A stretch of 63,530 bases of DNA, the filler included, from an uncultured Clostridia bacterium (GTDB taxonomy: Bacteria; CAYTYR01; UBA6262), in the NCBI GenBank assembly GCA_964441745.1. It is 3 parts of 3 records of this genome, joined end to end, with 100 filler letters (N's around TTAATTAATTAA, not from the genome) between each part and the next. Parts side by side here need not be neighbours in the genome. Positions count along the whole stretch, not along the records: positions 11,564 to 42,567 come from CAYTYR010000020.1; positions 42,668 to 63,530 come from CAYTYR010000028.1; 1 more part is not named here. One strand, 5' to 3'. Position numbers and translations under genes: made by a program. Shown piece after piece: positions 40,337 to 49,849 of the stretch. The notes under the pieces are model-generated. The model searched no databases. It was not told where the DNA came from and saw nothing but the letters and a program-made list of their open reading frames with translations. Position 1 is the first letter of the stretch. Each line of letters begins with the position of its first letter.

Positions 40337-40610
40337 GAGAGACAGGGTCTATCCTGCGCTAAAGCTTCGGCAGATAAAATTCTCTCCAAACTTGCCTTAC
40401 GAAGCCATCCTCCCCGCCTGTTTTTCCATAGGCGAAGTAATGGCGGAGCTTTTTAACCGAAATTCGAACTTTCTTCGAAGAAAATCCTTCGACTACGCTC
40501 AAGACTTCGCTCTCTTGGTTCGCCCCCGCTCTGCGGGGTCGTAGGGCTTAAGTACTAAGACCTGGTTCCGGTCAAAAATTCCTTCCCACACCCCTTCCTT
40601 TTTGCCCGAA
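40337..40610 (+). repeat. 274-bp direct repeat, copy 2, overlapping a tRNA-3'-end-like sequence
   Basis: TGGCGGAGAGACAGGG at 40332-40347 is the reverse complement of CCCTGTCTCTCCGCCA. Confidence 0.95.
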
Positions 40611-40672
40611 GAGAAACATTCGTCTTATAATAATTAGTCAAAAAAGAGTAAAATAATAGTAAAACAAAGTCC

Positions 40673-40701
40673 TTGACAAAATCAATTAAAAAGTGTATTT
40701 T
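40673..40701 (+). promoter_or_regulatory. Sigma70-type promoter TTGACA-N17-TATTTT, convergent on the NYN gene
   Basis: Perfect -35, 17-nt spacer, A-rich upstream region. Confidence 0.5.
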
Positions 40702-40709
40702 TGTATTAG

Positions 40710-40764
40710 ATCACGATGAGAGGTTATCCAAAGGGCTTGTCCCGCGGTAATACCTCTCTTTTTT
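40710..40764 (+). ncRNA. Candidate ~55-nt small RNA (hairpin plus U6) facing the NYN 3' end
   Basis: GAGAGGT...ACCTCTC stem with inner GGG/CCC hairpin and T6 tail, directly after the promoter. Confidence 0.35.
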
Positions 40765-41245
40765 ATTTGTATTCTAACTTATTTCTTAAATCATTCATAT
40801 ACACCATATCTAATGTAAACTTCCGCAATAAAGACGAATGTTTATACCTATTCGGTATAATCAATCTTTCCAGCTTATCCTTCTTTTTAAGATGTTCTAT
40901 TAGACAGTAAAAATCCCCGTCTCCTGATATTATTATAGCCTTTTCATAGTTTGGATATTCAATCATTGTATGCAGCACTAACTCAGCATCGATATTGCCT
41001 TTTACGGTACCGCTTGGTAAAGTCAAAGTCGGCTTAAACACCAATAAATATCCATAGTCTTGTAATTTGGTATATAGGGCTTGATTCGTTGCAATATAAC
41101 CTATAAATAAAAACGCCTTTGTGATCCCATATTTATCCCGAAGGTAAACCCGAAATCTTTTAAAATCAAGTTTCCATCCTTGATCATGTATAGACAAGTT
41201 TAAATTCTGGCTATCAATGAAAGCATAATTATTTTTTAATATCAC
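40763..41245 (-). CDS. NYN-domain (LabA/DUF88, PIN-like) nuclease
   Basis: AFIDSQNL, KGNIDAELV, IISGDGDF acidic motifs. Confidence 0.9.
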   Translation of the reverse strand: MILKNNYAFIDSQNLNLSIHDQGWKLDFKRFRVYLRDKYGITKAFLFIGYIATNQALYTKLQDYGYLLVFKPTLTLPSGTVKGNIDAELVLHTMIEYPNYEKAIIISGDGDFYCLIEHLKKKDKLERLIIPNRYKHSSLLRKFTLDMVYMNDLRNKLEYK

Positions 41246-41297
41246 TCATGCCCCTTAAATTCACTATTTGATTTTTCATCCCTTTTGTTTAATGTTA

Positions 41298-42519
41298 TTA
41301 CTTTACCACTGCTATCTTTGTTTTATAAGAACAGCCAGCGCCATCTACAAATAAGAGATATATACCAGATGCAACAGTTTGTCCACTATTATTTCTGCCA
41401 CTCCATTTAGTACTATCCTGTGTGTTATATGTAACATCTTTTACCGCTTCCCAAATAAGCTCTCCGACTATATTATATAACTTTATATGAACAGTACCTG
41501 TTTCTCTAGGAGCTATTATAATATATAAAGATTCATTTTTGTTAGGATTAATATAATTTTTATTTGTTACTTGTACCTTAACATCTCCAGAATCTATACC
41601 ATAGTAATTAAACATTTGATCATTTTGGTTTGAGGACATGGCATTGTAGCTTCTTAATAGAGGGTAAAAGATATGATCTTTTAATGTTGGGGTTACTGTA
41701 TAATCGCCTCCGGCCGATAGAGTAAGCAGCTCAAAGTACCCATTATTATCTGAATGAGTATTTGATGAAGTTGGACCAGATAAAGTTACCAACACATCGT
41801 TTAACGGTATGCCGCTAGAATTCTTAATATAACCTTTTATGTAGTATAAAGGTATATCAGGAGCGTCTTGTTCAATTACCGGCTGTCCCGTAGCAGACGA
41901 TCCCTTTACATCATATGCTTCAAAATAACTGCAATAATCGCTTCCGCCAGCTAAGGTTGTTGAATATGAATATATCTTACCATCAGTATATGTCGTGTCA
42001 TTATTATCAATTGCACTCATTGAAAACGGACTATTAGAAATTTCCTGCCCATTTTTTTTGATATGCAATTTCGGATATCCTGATTCTGGTGCGTCATTAT
42101 CAGAATCGCCATATTTTATTCGATATACAAATGTAGTGTTATACATTCCTGTTAAGGGATAAATCCCATTTGTGCTATAGTTTGCTTCATTTGTCCATTC
42201 TAAAATTGGAGTGTTATTACTTTCGCTAATTATTGGGCCATTTTGTTCTGCTATGGGAACTCCTGTTGCTGTTGAATCCCAAATATCATAAGCCTCAAAA
42301 TAATACGTATAGTCTATTCCTGTCGTTAGAGTAGCTGAATATACATATATTTTACCATCACTATATGTGGTATCTAAATTATCTGTTTCTACCATGCTAT
42401 AAGGAGAACCAGTAATTTCTAAGCCGTTTTTTTTAATATGAAGTTTTGGATATCCAGACTTTGGAATATCGTTATCAGAATCATTATACTTTATTCTAAA
42501 AGTATATGTATTACTAGTG
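41298..42519 (-). pseudogene. 5'-truncated secreted/surface protein with repeated Ig-like domains and FlgD/Por-like C-terminal domain
   Basis: Duplicated ~125-aa domain (D.DND.P.SGYPKLHIKKNG...DGKIY...YFEAYD); tail YN..GELI...W.G.N..G..VASGIY..IAVVK; frame opens mid-domain after a TAA near 42526 with no signal peptide; first usable ATG at 42395. Confidence 0.6.
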
Positions 42520-42567
42520 TGGTGTTACTAACAGATCTTTACATTTGAGATTTTTCTCATAATGCTT

Positions 42568-42667
42568 NNNNNNNNNNNNNNNNNNNNNNNNNNNNNNNNN
42601 NNNNNNNNNNNTTAATTAATTAANNNNNNNNNNNNNNNNNNNNNNNNNNNNNNNNNNNNNNNNNNNN
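42568..42667. other. Artificial contig linker
   Basis: N block with TTAATTAATTAA core. Confidence 0.97.
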
Positions 42668-42756
42668 ACGTGTATGCTTCCAAAACTGTCAGATTCATCC
42701 ACTTGAAAAGGAGAAGAGCCAAGAAAAATAAGTTAATAAAGAAGGAGGCGAGAAGT

Positions 42757-43122
42757 ATGGGGACTAAAATCCTGATCGTAGATGACTCAGCTTTTATGCG
42801 GATGACGCTCAAGAACATCCTTTCCAAAGAAGGCTATGAAATAGCCGGGGAAGCCGAAAACGCAGAACAAGCTGTAGCTAAATACACAGAAACGAAGCCG
42901 GACCTGGTAACCATGGATATCATTATGCCTGGAGACAACGGGATCAAGGCGGTAAAAGAGATCATGAAAGTCAATGCCAGCGCGCAGATCTTGATGGTCA
43001 GCGCCATGGGACAGGAAGCGCTGATCGTGGAAGCGATGCAGGCCGGCGCCAAAAATTTTATTATTAAACCTTTTCAGCCTGAAAAAGTGATTGAAGCGGT
43101 CCGTAAAGTACTGAAAACATAA
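42757..43122 (+). CDS. cheY: Chemotaxis response regulator CheY
   Basis: ILIVDDSAFMRM.LK.IL, TMDI.MP, VSAMGQ, KPF; GGAGG RBS before the 42757 ATG. Confidence 0.93.
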   Translation: MGTKILIVDDSAFMRMTLKNILSKEGYEIAGEAENAEQAVAKYTETKPDLVTMDIIMPGDNGIKAVKEIMKVNASAQILMVSAMGQEALIVEAMQAGAKNFIIKPFQPEKVIEAVRKVLKT

Positions 43123-43143
43123 CTCTGGAAGGGAGCCTTATTA

Positions 43144-44193
43144 GTGGACAAGATAAAAGTATTAGTTGTCGATGATTCTAATTTTATGCGTAAGATCATT
43201 ACGGACATGTTGAATTCTGACCCGCAGATAACAGTCATTGGAACGGCCAGTGACGGCCGCGAGACTGTGGAAAAGGTCAAAACCTTAAATCCGGATGTGA
43301 TCACTCTTGATATTATTATGCCGGAAATGGATGGTTTGACTGCGCTGGAACAGATCATGAAAATATGTCCGACTCCGGTAGTCATGTTCAGTAAAGTGAC
43401 TCGTGACGGAGCCGAAGCAACACTCAAGGCCCTGGAATTTGGCGCAGTAGATTTTGTGACTAAGCCGCAGGATGCGGATTTAGGCAGTATAAAAATGGAG
43501 ATCGACAAAGTCAAAGTAGAGTTAATAGATAAGATCAAGATCGCGGCCCGTATTGACCGCAATAAGTTAAAAGTGCTCTATCCAACAACCAGGATCAGGG
43601 AAAAGATCACTAAAGTGGCCGAACCGACCGAGCGGGTGATTTGCATCGGTTCTTCAGCCGGCGGGCCAAAAGTTTTAATGGAAATAATGCCGCAGTTCCC
43701 TTATGATTTAAACAGCGGTGTGCTGGTCGCCCAGCATATGCCTTCATTTTTTATTAAATCTTTTACCGAACGTCTCAGTAATATTTCCAAGATTAGCGTG
43801 CGCGAAGCCAAGATCGGCGATATTATCACCCCGGCGACGGCTTTTATGGCGCCGGAAAGCTATACTATTAAAGTAGAAAAAATAAAAAAAGGCGGAGCAG
43901 TTACTTTATCAAGTGAACCCTCGGTGCACCGGGTGAAACCGTGTATTGATGCGATGATGGAAGCAGCCGCGCAAGTATATGGCGCTAAAACAGTCGGCGT
44001 CTTACTCAGCGGCATGGGACGTGACGGGGTCAAAGGGCTGAAAGCGATTAAAGATGCCGGCGGGAAGACTATTGCCCAGGATGAATCATCCAGCATCGTT
44101 TTTGGCATGGCCAAAGCGGCGATCGAAGAGGGTGTAGTTGATAAGGTAGTCTCGGCTAATAAGATCATCGAAGAAGTCCTTAAATTAATTTAA
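43144..44193 (+). CDS. cheB: Chemotaxis response regulator protein-glutamate methylesterase
   Basis: Receiver domain plus GSSAGGP, QHMP, GMGRDG catalytic motifs. Confidence 0.96.
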   Translation: MDKIKVLVVDDSNFMRKIITDMLNSDPQITVIGTASDGRETVEKVKTLNPDVITLDIIMPEMDGLTALEQIMKICPTPVVMFSKVTRDGAEATLKALEFGAVDFVTKPQDADLGSIKMEIDKVKVELIDKIKIAARIDRNKLKVLYPTTRIREKITKVAEPTERVICIGSSAGGPKVLMEIMPQFPYDLNSGVLVAQHMPSFFIKSFTERLSNISKISVREAKIGDIITPATAFMAPESYTIKVEKIKKGGAVTLSSEPSVHRVKPCIDAMMEAAAQVYGAKTVGVLLSGMGRDGVKGLKAIKDAGGKTIAQDESSSIVFGMAKAAIEEGVVDKVVSANKIIEEVLKLI

Positions 44194-44205
44194 GAGGTTA
44201 TTTTT

Positions 44206-45828
44206 ATGACTGAGGATATGTCGCGCTACAAAGATATGTTTATCAGTGAAGCGACAGAATATTTACAGAATCTAAACAAATCACTGTTGGATCTGGAAAA
44301 AAATCCTGAAAAACTAGAATTACTAAATGAGATTTTCCGCTTGGCGCATACCATGAAAGGTATGGCCGCGACTATGGGCTACCAGAAAATTACTACCGTC
44401 GCGCACCAGATGGAAGATGTGCTGGACCGGCTGCGCAAGCAAGAGTTAAAAGTCACCCCGGAAATAATTGAAATCATGTTTAAATCCCTGGATGTGCTTG
44501 AACCGCTCCTGCAGGAAGTAGCCAGCGGGGAAGATAAAAAAGTTGATATTACCGAGACCATTGTTAAGTTAAAAATGATCATGGAGCAAAAGAAGCCGGA
44601 AGCTGACCAACCGGCGAAAGAAGCCGAACCCGGAGCTCCCGAAGCCGAAAAAAAAACTGTAAATAGCGAGAAAGATAAGAAAAGAGCGCAAACCAGCGTC
44701 AGGATAAATATCGAGCACCTTGACAATCTCATGAACCTGGTTGGCGAGCTGGTTATTAATAAAGCCAGGTTGTTCCAGATCGGGGCTAATTATAAATTAG
44801 GCGAACTTAATGAGAGCTTGACCCAGTTAGAGCGTATTACCGGTAGTTTACAGGAAGAAGTACTTAAAACCAGGATGATCCCTGTTTCCCATATTTTTGA
44901 CCGTTATCCACGGGTGGTCAGGGATTTGGCGAAACTTAAAAATAAAGAAATTAATTTTGAAATTGAAGGTTCAGATATTGAACTGGACCGGATGATCGTA
45001 GATGAGATTAACGATCCCCTGATCCATTTGATCAGGAATTCGGTGGATCATGGCATTGAGAGTCCGCAGGAGCGGGTTAAAAAAGGTAAAAATGAAACTG
45101 GCTATGTCAAGCTTTCTGCCAGACGTGAAAAAGGCTATGTGCGGATCGAGCTAATGGATGATGGTAAAGGCATGGATCCGAACGAAATAGCGCAGAAAGC
45201 GATTGAAAAAGGAATGTTGACCAAGGAAAAACTGGCCTTGATGAGTGAGCAGGAAATGCTCATGCTGATCTGCGAGCCTGGTTTTTCCACTGCTGACGAG
45301 ATTAGTGATATCAGCGGCCGCGGCGTAGGCATGGATGTGGTTAAGACCAAAGTGGAGGCATTCAATGGTTCAGTGACCATTGAAACGCAAAAGGGTAAGG
45401 GCTCTACCTTCATAATCAAGCTGCCCTTAACCCTGGCGATTATCCAGTCCTTAATGGTAAAAGTAGCGGATGAGGTCTATGCCATACCGCTTTCGAATAT
45501 TACAGAAATAAACTCTTTTGCTCCTGATCTGATTCGTACTATTGAAAAGAAAGAAGTGATCAAGATCAGGGAAGAGATCCTGCCCTTGGTCAGCTTGCGT
45601 GAAGTATTTAATTTGCCCAAGCGGGAATATGGTGAAGAAATATACGTGGTCACCGTAGAAGTGGGAGAAAAAAGGCTGGGGCTGATCGTAGATTCCCTTT
45701 ACAGCCGGGAAGAAATAGTGATTAAAACACTTAGCGGTATTTTAAAAAGAACCAAAGGTATTAGCGGGGCCACTATCCTGGGTGACGGACGGGTAGTGCT
45801 GATCGTGGATATAGCCGGAATCATGTAA
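44206..45828 (+). CDS. cheA: Chemotaxis histidine kinase CheA (no P2 domain)
   Basis: HPt FRLAHTMKG, LDNLMNLVGELVI, RNSVDHGIE, SGRGVGMDVV, C-terminal CheW-like domain. Confidence 0.96.
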   Translation: MTEDMSRYKDMFISEATEYLQNLNKSLLDLEKNPEKLELLNEIFRLAHTMKGMAATMGYQKITTVAHQMEDVLDRLRKQELKVTPEIIEIMFKSLDVLEPLLQEVASGEDKKVDITETIVKLKMIMEQKKPEADQPAKEAEPGAPEAEKKTVNSEKDKKRAQTSVRINIEHLDNLMNLVGELVINKARLFQIGANYKLGELNESLTQLERITGSLQEEVLKTRMIPVSHIFDRYPRVVRDLAKLKNKEINFEIEGSDIELDRMIVDEINDPLIHLIRNSVDHGIESPQERVKKGKNETGYVKLSARREKGYVRIELMDDGKGMDPNEIAQKAIEKGMLTKEKLALMSEQEMLMLICEPGFSTADEISDISGRGVGMDVVKTKVEAFNGSVTIETQKGKGSTFIIKLPLTLAIIQSLMVKVADEVYAIPLSNITEINSFAPDLIRTIEKKEVIKIREEILPLVSLREVFNLPKREYGEEIYVVTVEVGEKRLGLIVDSLYSREEIVIKTLSGILKRTKGISGATILGDGRVVLIVDIAGIM

Positions 45829-45863
45829 AGAAGAATGATTACGGAGATAAAAGAATAAGATTA

Positions 45864-45909
45864 TCCCCTGCTGATCCCAGTAAATCGGGATCAAAACCGC
45901 GGGGACAGG
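45864..45909. repeat. Short palindromic element TCCCCTGCTGAT-[stem-loop]-ATCAAA..CGCGGGGACAGG
   Basis: Same frame as the reverse complement of 3043-3090, with a different internal stem-loop. Confidence 0.75.
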
Positions 45910-45937
45910 CAGCGATTAAAACGTAAGAAGGTTATGA

Positions 45938-48076
45938 ATGGATAAAATATTTGCGTTAGATATTGGTACCAGGAAAGTAGCCGGCTTGGTAGCCACCAGT
46001 GAAAATGGGACTATCAATATTCTGGATTGCGAAATACGGGAACATCAGACCCGGGCCATGCTGGCTGGTCAAATACATGATGTTGACCGGGTGGCGGCGG
46101 TAGTGCAGGAAATTAAAACGGTCCTGGAACAACGACAAGGCGAAGCTATTAATAAAGTAGCGGTCGCCGTGGCTGGGCGCACCCTTAAAACCCGGCGCGG
46201 CCTGGCTGGCAAAGATATTAATTTTGAAAATGAAATTAACGCCTCAGATGTGCTGGATCTGGAATTAGCCGCGGTCCAGCAGATATTAAATAATCTGGGC
46301 AATCAACCGGAACAGGATCTGGCAGAACATTTTTATTGTGTCGGCTATAGTGTCGTCAGCTATTTTTTGGACCAGGAAAAAATTGACAATCTGGTGGGGC
46401 AAAAGGGATACAAGATCGGGGTAGAAATTATTACTACCTTCCTGCCCCGCATTGTTTTAGAAAGCATGTTTACCGTACTTAAAAAAACAGGACTTGAAGT
46501 AGCGGCTCTTACTTTAGAGCCAATTGCCGCGATCAACGCGATCATTCCGCCTGATATGCGCCGGCTTAACCTGGCGCTTGTGGATATTGGAGCCGGCACC
46601 AGCGATATCGCTATTACCAGCGGCGGCAGTGTTACTGCTTATGGTATGGTCCCTTCAGCCGGCGATATGATCACGGAGAAATTATGCGACCTGTATCTGC
46701 TTGATTTTTGCGTCGGGGAAAGAATAAAACGGCTTTTAGCCAGCCAGACGCAGGTTGAATTTACAGATATTTTTGGCAAACAATGGAGCCGGTCAACATT
46801 GCAGGTCCTGTCAGACCTGACTCCAGCGATCGAAGATCTTGCCGCTGCGATCAGTGCGAAGATCTTAGCTCTCAACTCGACTGCCCCTATCGCTTTGGTC
46901 TGCGTCGGTGGTGGCAGCTTGACTCCACTACTACAAGAGAAGCTGGCCCGCGCCCTGCATCTGCCCCGGGAACGCGTTGGGATCAGGGGGCCTGAATTAA
47001 TTTCCTGGATCAATAACCCAACCGGGAAACTTACCGGGCCTGAAGCGATAACCCCATTGGGTATTACCGCTATTGCCACTAAAGGTGAAGGGTTACAATT
47101 TGTTAATACTACGGTTAATGGGAAACATATACATTTACTGAATATCAATCAAAACCTTAATGTTTTAAGCGCTCTTTTAGCCAGCGGCATCAGTACTAAA
47201 AAAATGCACTCCCGGCCAGGATTATCTAAGACCTTTGAGCTTAATGGCGAATTGCGCATTATCCAGGGGACCTTAGGCCAATCTGCTACTGTCTTGTTGA
47301 ATAATGCCCCGGCGAGCCTGGAAGACACGATCAATGACCACAGCCAGATCATTTTTGAAGAAGCGCAGGACGGGCAGGACGGTCAGGCGAAAATCAGCGA
47401 TTTTATCAGCCTGATCTCTAACAAAAAAATAGTATTGAATAGTGAAGAGGTCTCAGCTGGCCCGGCGGTGTATATGAATAATGAACCAGTCTCTATGGAT
47501 ACAGAAATCCCGGATCTGGCTAAAATTGAAATAAAAGCAGATATTTCACTGCGGGGACTGCTGCGGCAGAAGTTTGATGTCAGCCAAGCCAGCGAACGCA
47601 GCATTGTCGTAACTATTGATAATGAACCAAGGATCATCACCCAGCAGAATTTCCATCTGGCTATTAATGGGCAGGAAGCCAGCTTGGAAGCGCCTTTGCA
47701 TGATGGCGATATTATTGATTATACGGCCAATAGCCCCCGGCATTATCAGCTGAAAGATGTGGTGCCGGAACCAATTATCGGCCGGGGTGCGCGCGTGTAT
47801 ATCAATGGCCAGGAATATACTATCGAAGGCCAGCGCGGGAAAATTATGATGAATGGACAGGAAGTATCGCCAGATGAATTTATTATCAACGGGGCTGATA
47901 TTAGGACCATCCCTGGTAAAAACGCCGATTTAATAGTAGTTGACCTGTTGCGCTATATTACCCTGGACATGGACCGGAATGCCGGGAAAAAATTAAAAAT
48001 GTTCGTTAATGGCCGTGAGGCTAATTTTACCACTGCGCTATCCCAAGGCGCAGAAGTTAAGCTTTACTTTGAATAG
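45938..48076 (+). CDS. Long FtsA-like actin-fold ATPase with C-terminal repeat extension
   Basis: FALDIGTRKV, GQIHDV, TLEPIAA, VDIGAGTSD, VGGGS; about 320-aa tail with repeated (V/I)NG..(A/V)S...I/L..GD units. Confidence 0.8.
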   Translation: MDKIFALDIGTRKVAGLVATSENGTINILDCEIREHQTRAMLAGQIHDVDRVAAVVQEIKTVLEQRQGEAINKVAVAVAGRTLKTRRGLAGKDINFENEINASDVLDLELAAVQQILNNLGNQPEQDLAEHFYCVGYSVVSYFLDQEKIDNLVGQKGYKIGVEIITTFLPRIVLESMFTVLKKTGLEVAALTLEPIAAINAIIPPDMRRLNLALVDIGAGTSDIAITSGGSVTAYGMVPSAGDMITEKLCDLYLLDFCVGERIKRLLASQTQVEFTDIFGKQWSRSTLQVLSDLTPAIEDLAAAISAKILALNSTAPIALVCVGGGSLTPLLQEKLARALHLPRERVGIRGPELISWINNPTGKLTGPEAITPLGITAIATKGEGLQFVNTTVNGKHIHLLNINQNLNVLSALLASGISTKKMHSRPGLSKTFELNGELRIIQGTLGQSATVLLNNAPASLEDTINDHSQIIFEEAQDGQDGQAKISDFISLISNKKIVLNSEEVSAGPAVYMNNEPVSMDTEIPDLAKIEIKADISLRGLLRQKFDVSQASERSIVVTIDNEPRIITQQNFHLAINGQEASLEAPLHDGDIIDYTANSPRHYQLKDVVPEPIIGRGARVYINGQEYTIEGQRGKIMMNGQEVSPDEFIINGADIRTIPGKNADLIVVDLLRYITLDMDRNAGKKLKMFVNGREANFTTALSQGAEVKLYFE

Positions 48077-48084
48077 GGGATATA

Positions 48085-48711
48085 ATGGTTGAAAAAGAAC
48101 TGCCTCAATTAAGTCCGAAACAGCTGGATGCTTTAAAAGAGTTCAGCTCGATTGGCGCTGGCAATGCGGCTACCGCCTTCTCCCAGATGCTGAACCGCTC
48201 GGTGATGATGACAGTTCCCAGTATTTATATCGTCCCGATCAATGATGTGCCGCAATATATGGGCGGCCCGGAAACCTTAGTTTGTGGTGTTTATACCCGG
48301 TTATTAGGGGATGTCTTTGGCAGTGTATTATTGACTTTCCCCCGGGACAGCGCCTTTGCGCTGACCGATATCCTGATGGGCAAGAATATAGGAGCCACTA
48401 AGATATTAACCGGTATGGGGCGGTCTTTATTAAAAGAAACCGGCATGATCGTGACTGGGTCATTTTTAACCGCTCTTTCCAAGATGGTCAAAACCACTAT
48501 TATCCCGCGGGTTCCTACGCTAACGCTGGATATGGTCGGCGCAATTATTGATTTTATTCTGATCGACCTGAGCCAGGAAGTGGAGTTTGCCATTGTCATT
48601 GAAATACGGTTTGAAGAAAAAGATTCCCATGTCAGCGGGCATTTTTTCCTCTTGCCTAATCCTGATTCATTAAAAATAATATTAAAAGCGATTGGAGTCG
48701 ACCATGATTGA
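48085..48711 (+). CDS. cheC: CheC family CheY-P phosphatase
   Basis: DALKE...IGAGNAATA.S, LTALS, DM.GAI, GHFFLLP. Confidence 0.88.
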   Translation: MVEKELPQLSPKQLDALKEFSSIGAGNAATAFSQMLNRSVMMTVPSIYIVPINDVPQYMGGPETLVCGVYTRLLGDVFGSVLLTFPRDSAFALTDILMGKNIGATKILTGMGRSLLKETGMIVTGSFLTALSKMVKTTIIPRVPTLTLDMVGAIIDFILIDLSQEVEFAIVIEIRFEEKDSHVSGHFFLLPNPDSLKIILKAIGVDHD

Positions 48712-49318
48712 TCTGAAAAATTTAACACCGTTCCAACTGGATGCCCTGAAAGAGATTGGCAATATCGGAGCTTCCCATGCGGATACGGCCCTTTCAGAGT
48801 TACTGCGCAAAAAAGTCTGGATCAGCGTGCCGGACGCAAAGGTTGTGCCTTTGGATGAAGTGCCGCAGGAATTCGGCGGCGCGGAAAAAATGGTAGTCGG
48901 CGTATATCTGCAAATGCAAGGTCAGATCAGCGGTAATATTCTGTTCTTCTTCAGCCAGGAAACAGCTATGACCCTGGCGGATATATTAATGAGCCGGCCG
49001 GTCGGCACGACCAAAGTGCTTAATGAAATGGACCAGTCAGCTATCAAGGAAACTGGCACTATTTTAGCTGGTTCATGCTTGACCGCGCTGTCAGCGCTCA
49101 CGAATAAGGAGATAATTCCTTCTATCCCGTATTATGCCATGGATATGCTGGGGGCCCTGGTTGATTTTATTATTATCAACCTGAGCCAAAACGCTGAATA
49201 TGCCTTGAGTATCCAGCTGGAATTTAGCGAATCAGAATATAAAATTGACGGAAGTTTCTTGTTATTACCTGACCCGCAGTCTTTGGAAGTGATTCTGACT
49301 TCTTTGGGCGTGGGCTGA
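48704..49318 (+). CDS. cheC: CheC family CheY-P phosphatase, second paralogue
   Basis: DALKEIGNIGA.HA.TALS, SAIKE.G.IL, DMLGA, FLLLPD. Confidence 0.9.
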   Translation: MIDLKNLTPFQLDALKEIGNIGASHADTALSELLRKKVWISVPDAKVVPLDEVPQEFGGAEKMVVGVYLQMQGQISGNILFFFSQETAMTLADILMSRPVGTTKVLNEMDQSAIKETGTILAGSCLTALSALTNKEIIPSIPYYAMDMLGALVDFIIINLSQNAEYALSIQLEFSESEYKIDGSFLLLPDPQSLEVILTSLGVG

Positions 49319-49339
49319 AGTGCGGGAAGGAGAGGAATA

Positions 49340-49825
49340 ATGGACGATCCAATTAAAGTGGGCATTGCTGATCTTAAGGTCAGCACCGCACCAAACAAAA
49401 TAGTGACGAACGCACTCGGTTCCTGTGTCGCCATTGTTTTGTATGATGCAGTGCATCGGATAGGCGGACTGGCTCATATCATGCTGCCCAGTACAGCCTT
49501 TTCGAAGATCCGTTCCAATCCAGCGAAGTTTGCTGACACGGCGGTCCCGGAAATGCTCAGCATGATGAAACAACTAGGCGCCACTAAAACTACCACCTCG
49601 GCCAAGATCATTGGCGGAGCGCAAATGTTTGCCAATGTGCTGGTAGAACCACTGGGAAATATCGGGCAGAGGAATGTGCAGGCAGCTAAGGAAGCATTAG
49701 TCAAGGAAAACATTAATATTGTGGCCGAAGATACTGGCGGCGATTGCGGCAAAAGTGTTGAAGTTAACCTGGATAACGGGGAAGTAACGGTCAGGTCTAT
49801 AAAATACGGAATAAATAAACTGTAA
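49340..49825 (+). CDS. cheD: Chemoreceptor glutamine deamidase CheD
   Basis: LGSCV, GGLAHIMLP, KFADTA, GGAQMF, IGQRN, EDTGG. Confidence 0.95.
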   Translation: MDDPIKVGIADLKVSTAPNKIVTNALGSCVAIVLYDAVHRIGGLAHIMLPSTAFSKIRSNPAKFADTAVPEMLSMMKQLGATKTTTSAKIIGGAQMFANVLVEPLGNIGQRNVQAAKEALVKENINIVAEDTGGDCGKSVEVNLDNGEVTVRSIKYGINKL

Positions 49826-49849
49826 AATAGATTGGCAGTAGGGGGAATA

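Noticed and set aside
40247-40544. ORFs 40247-40456, 40257-40544, 39459-39641 and 40716-40910
   Set aside because: They translate repeat DNA or the antisense of real genes; no RBS or family motifs
39297-40610. CRISPR array or intact tRNA gene
   Set aside because: Only two long repeats with no repeat-spacer periodicity and no cas genes; only 3'-end tRNA-like fragments, no cloverleaf
41298-41560. Evidence for a type IX secretion system
   Set aside because: A FlgD/Por-like tail alone does not show T9SS, and no machinery genes are in the window
42670-42756. 29-aa N-terminal extension of CheY in the ORF track
   Set aside because: Strong GGAGG RBS and a canonical start at 42757
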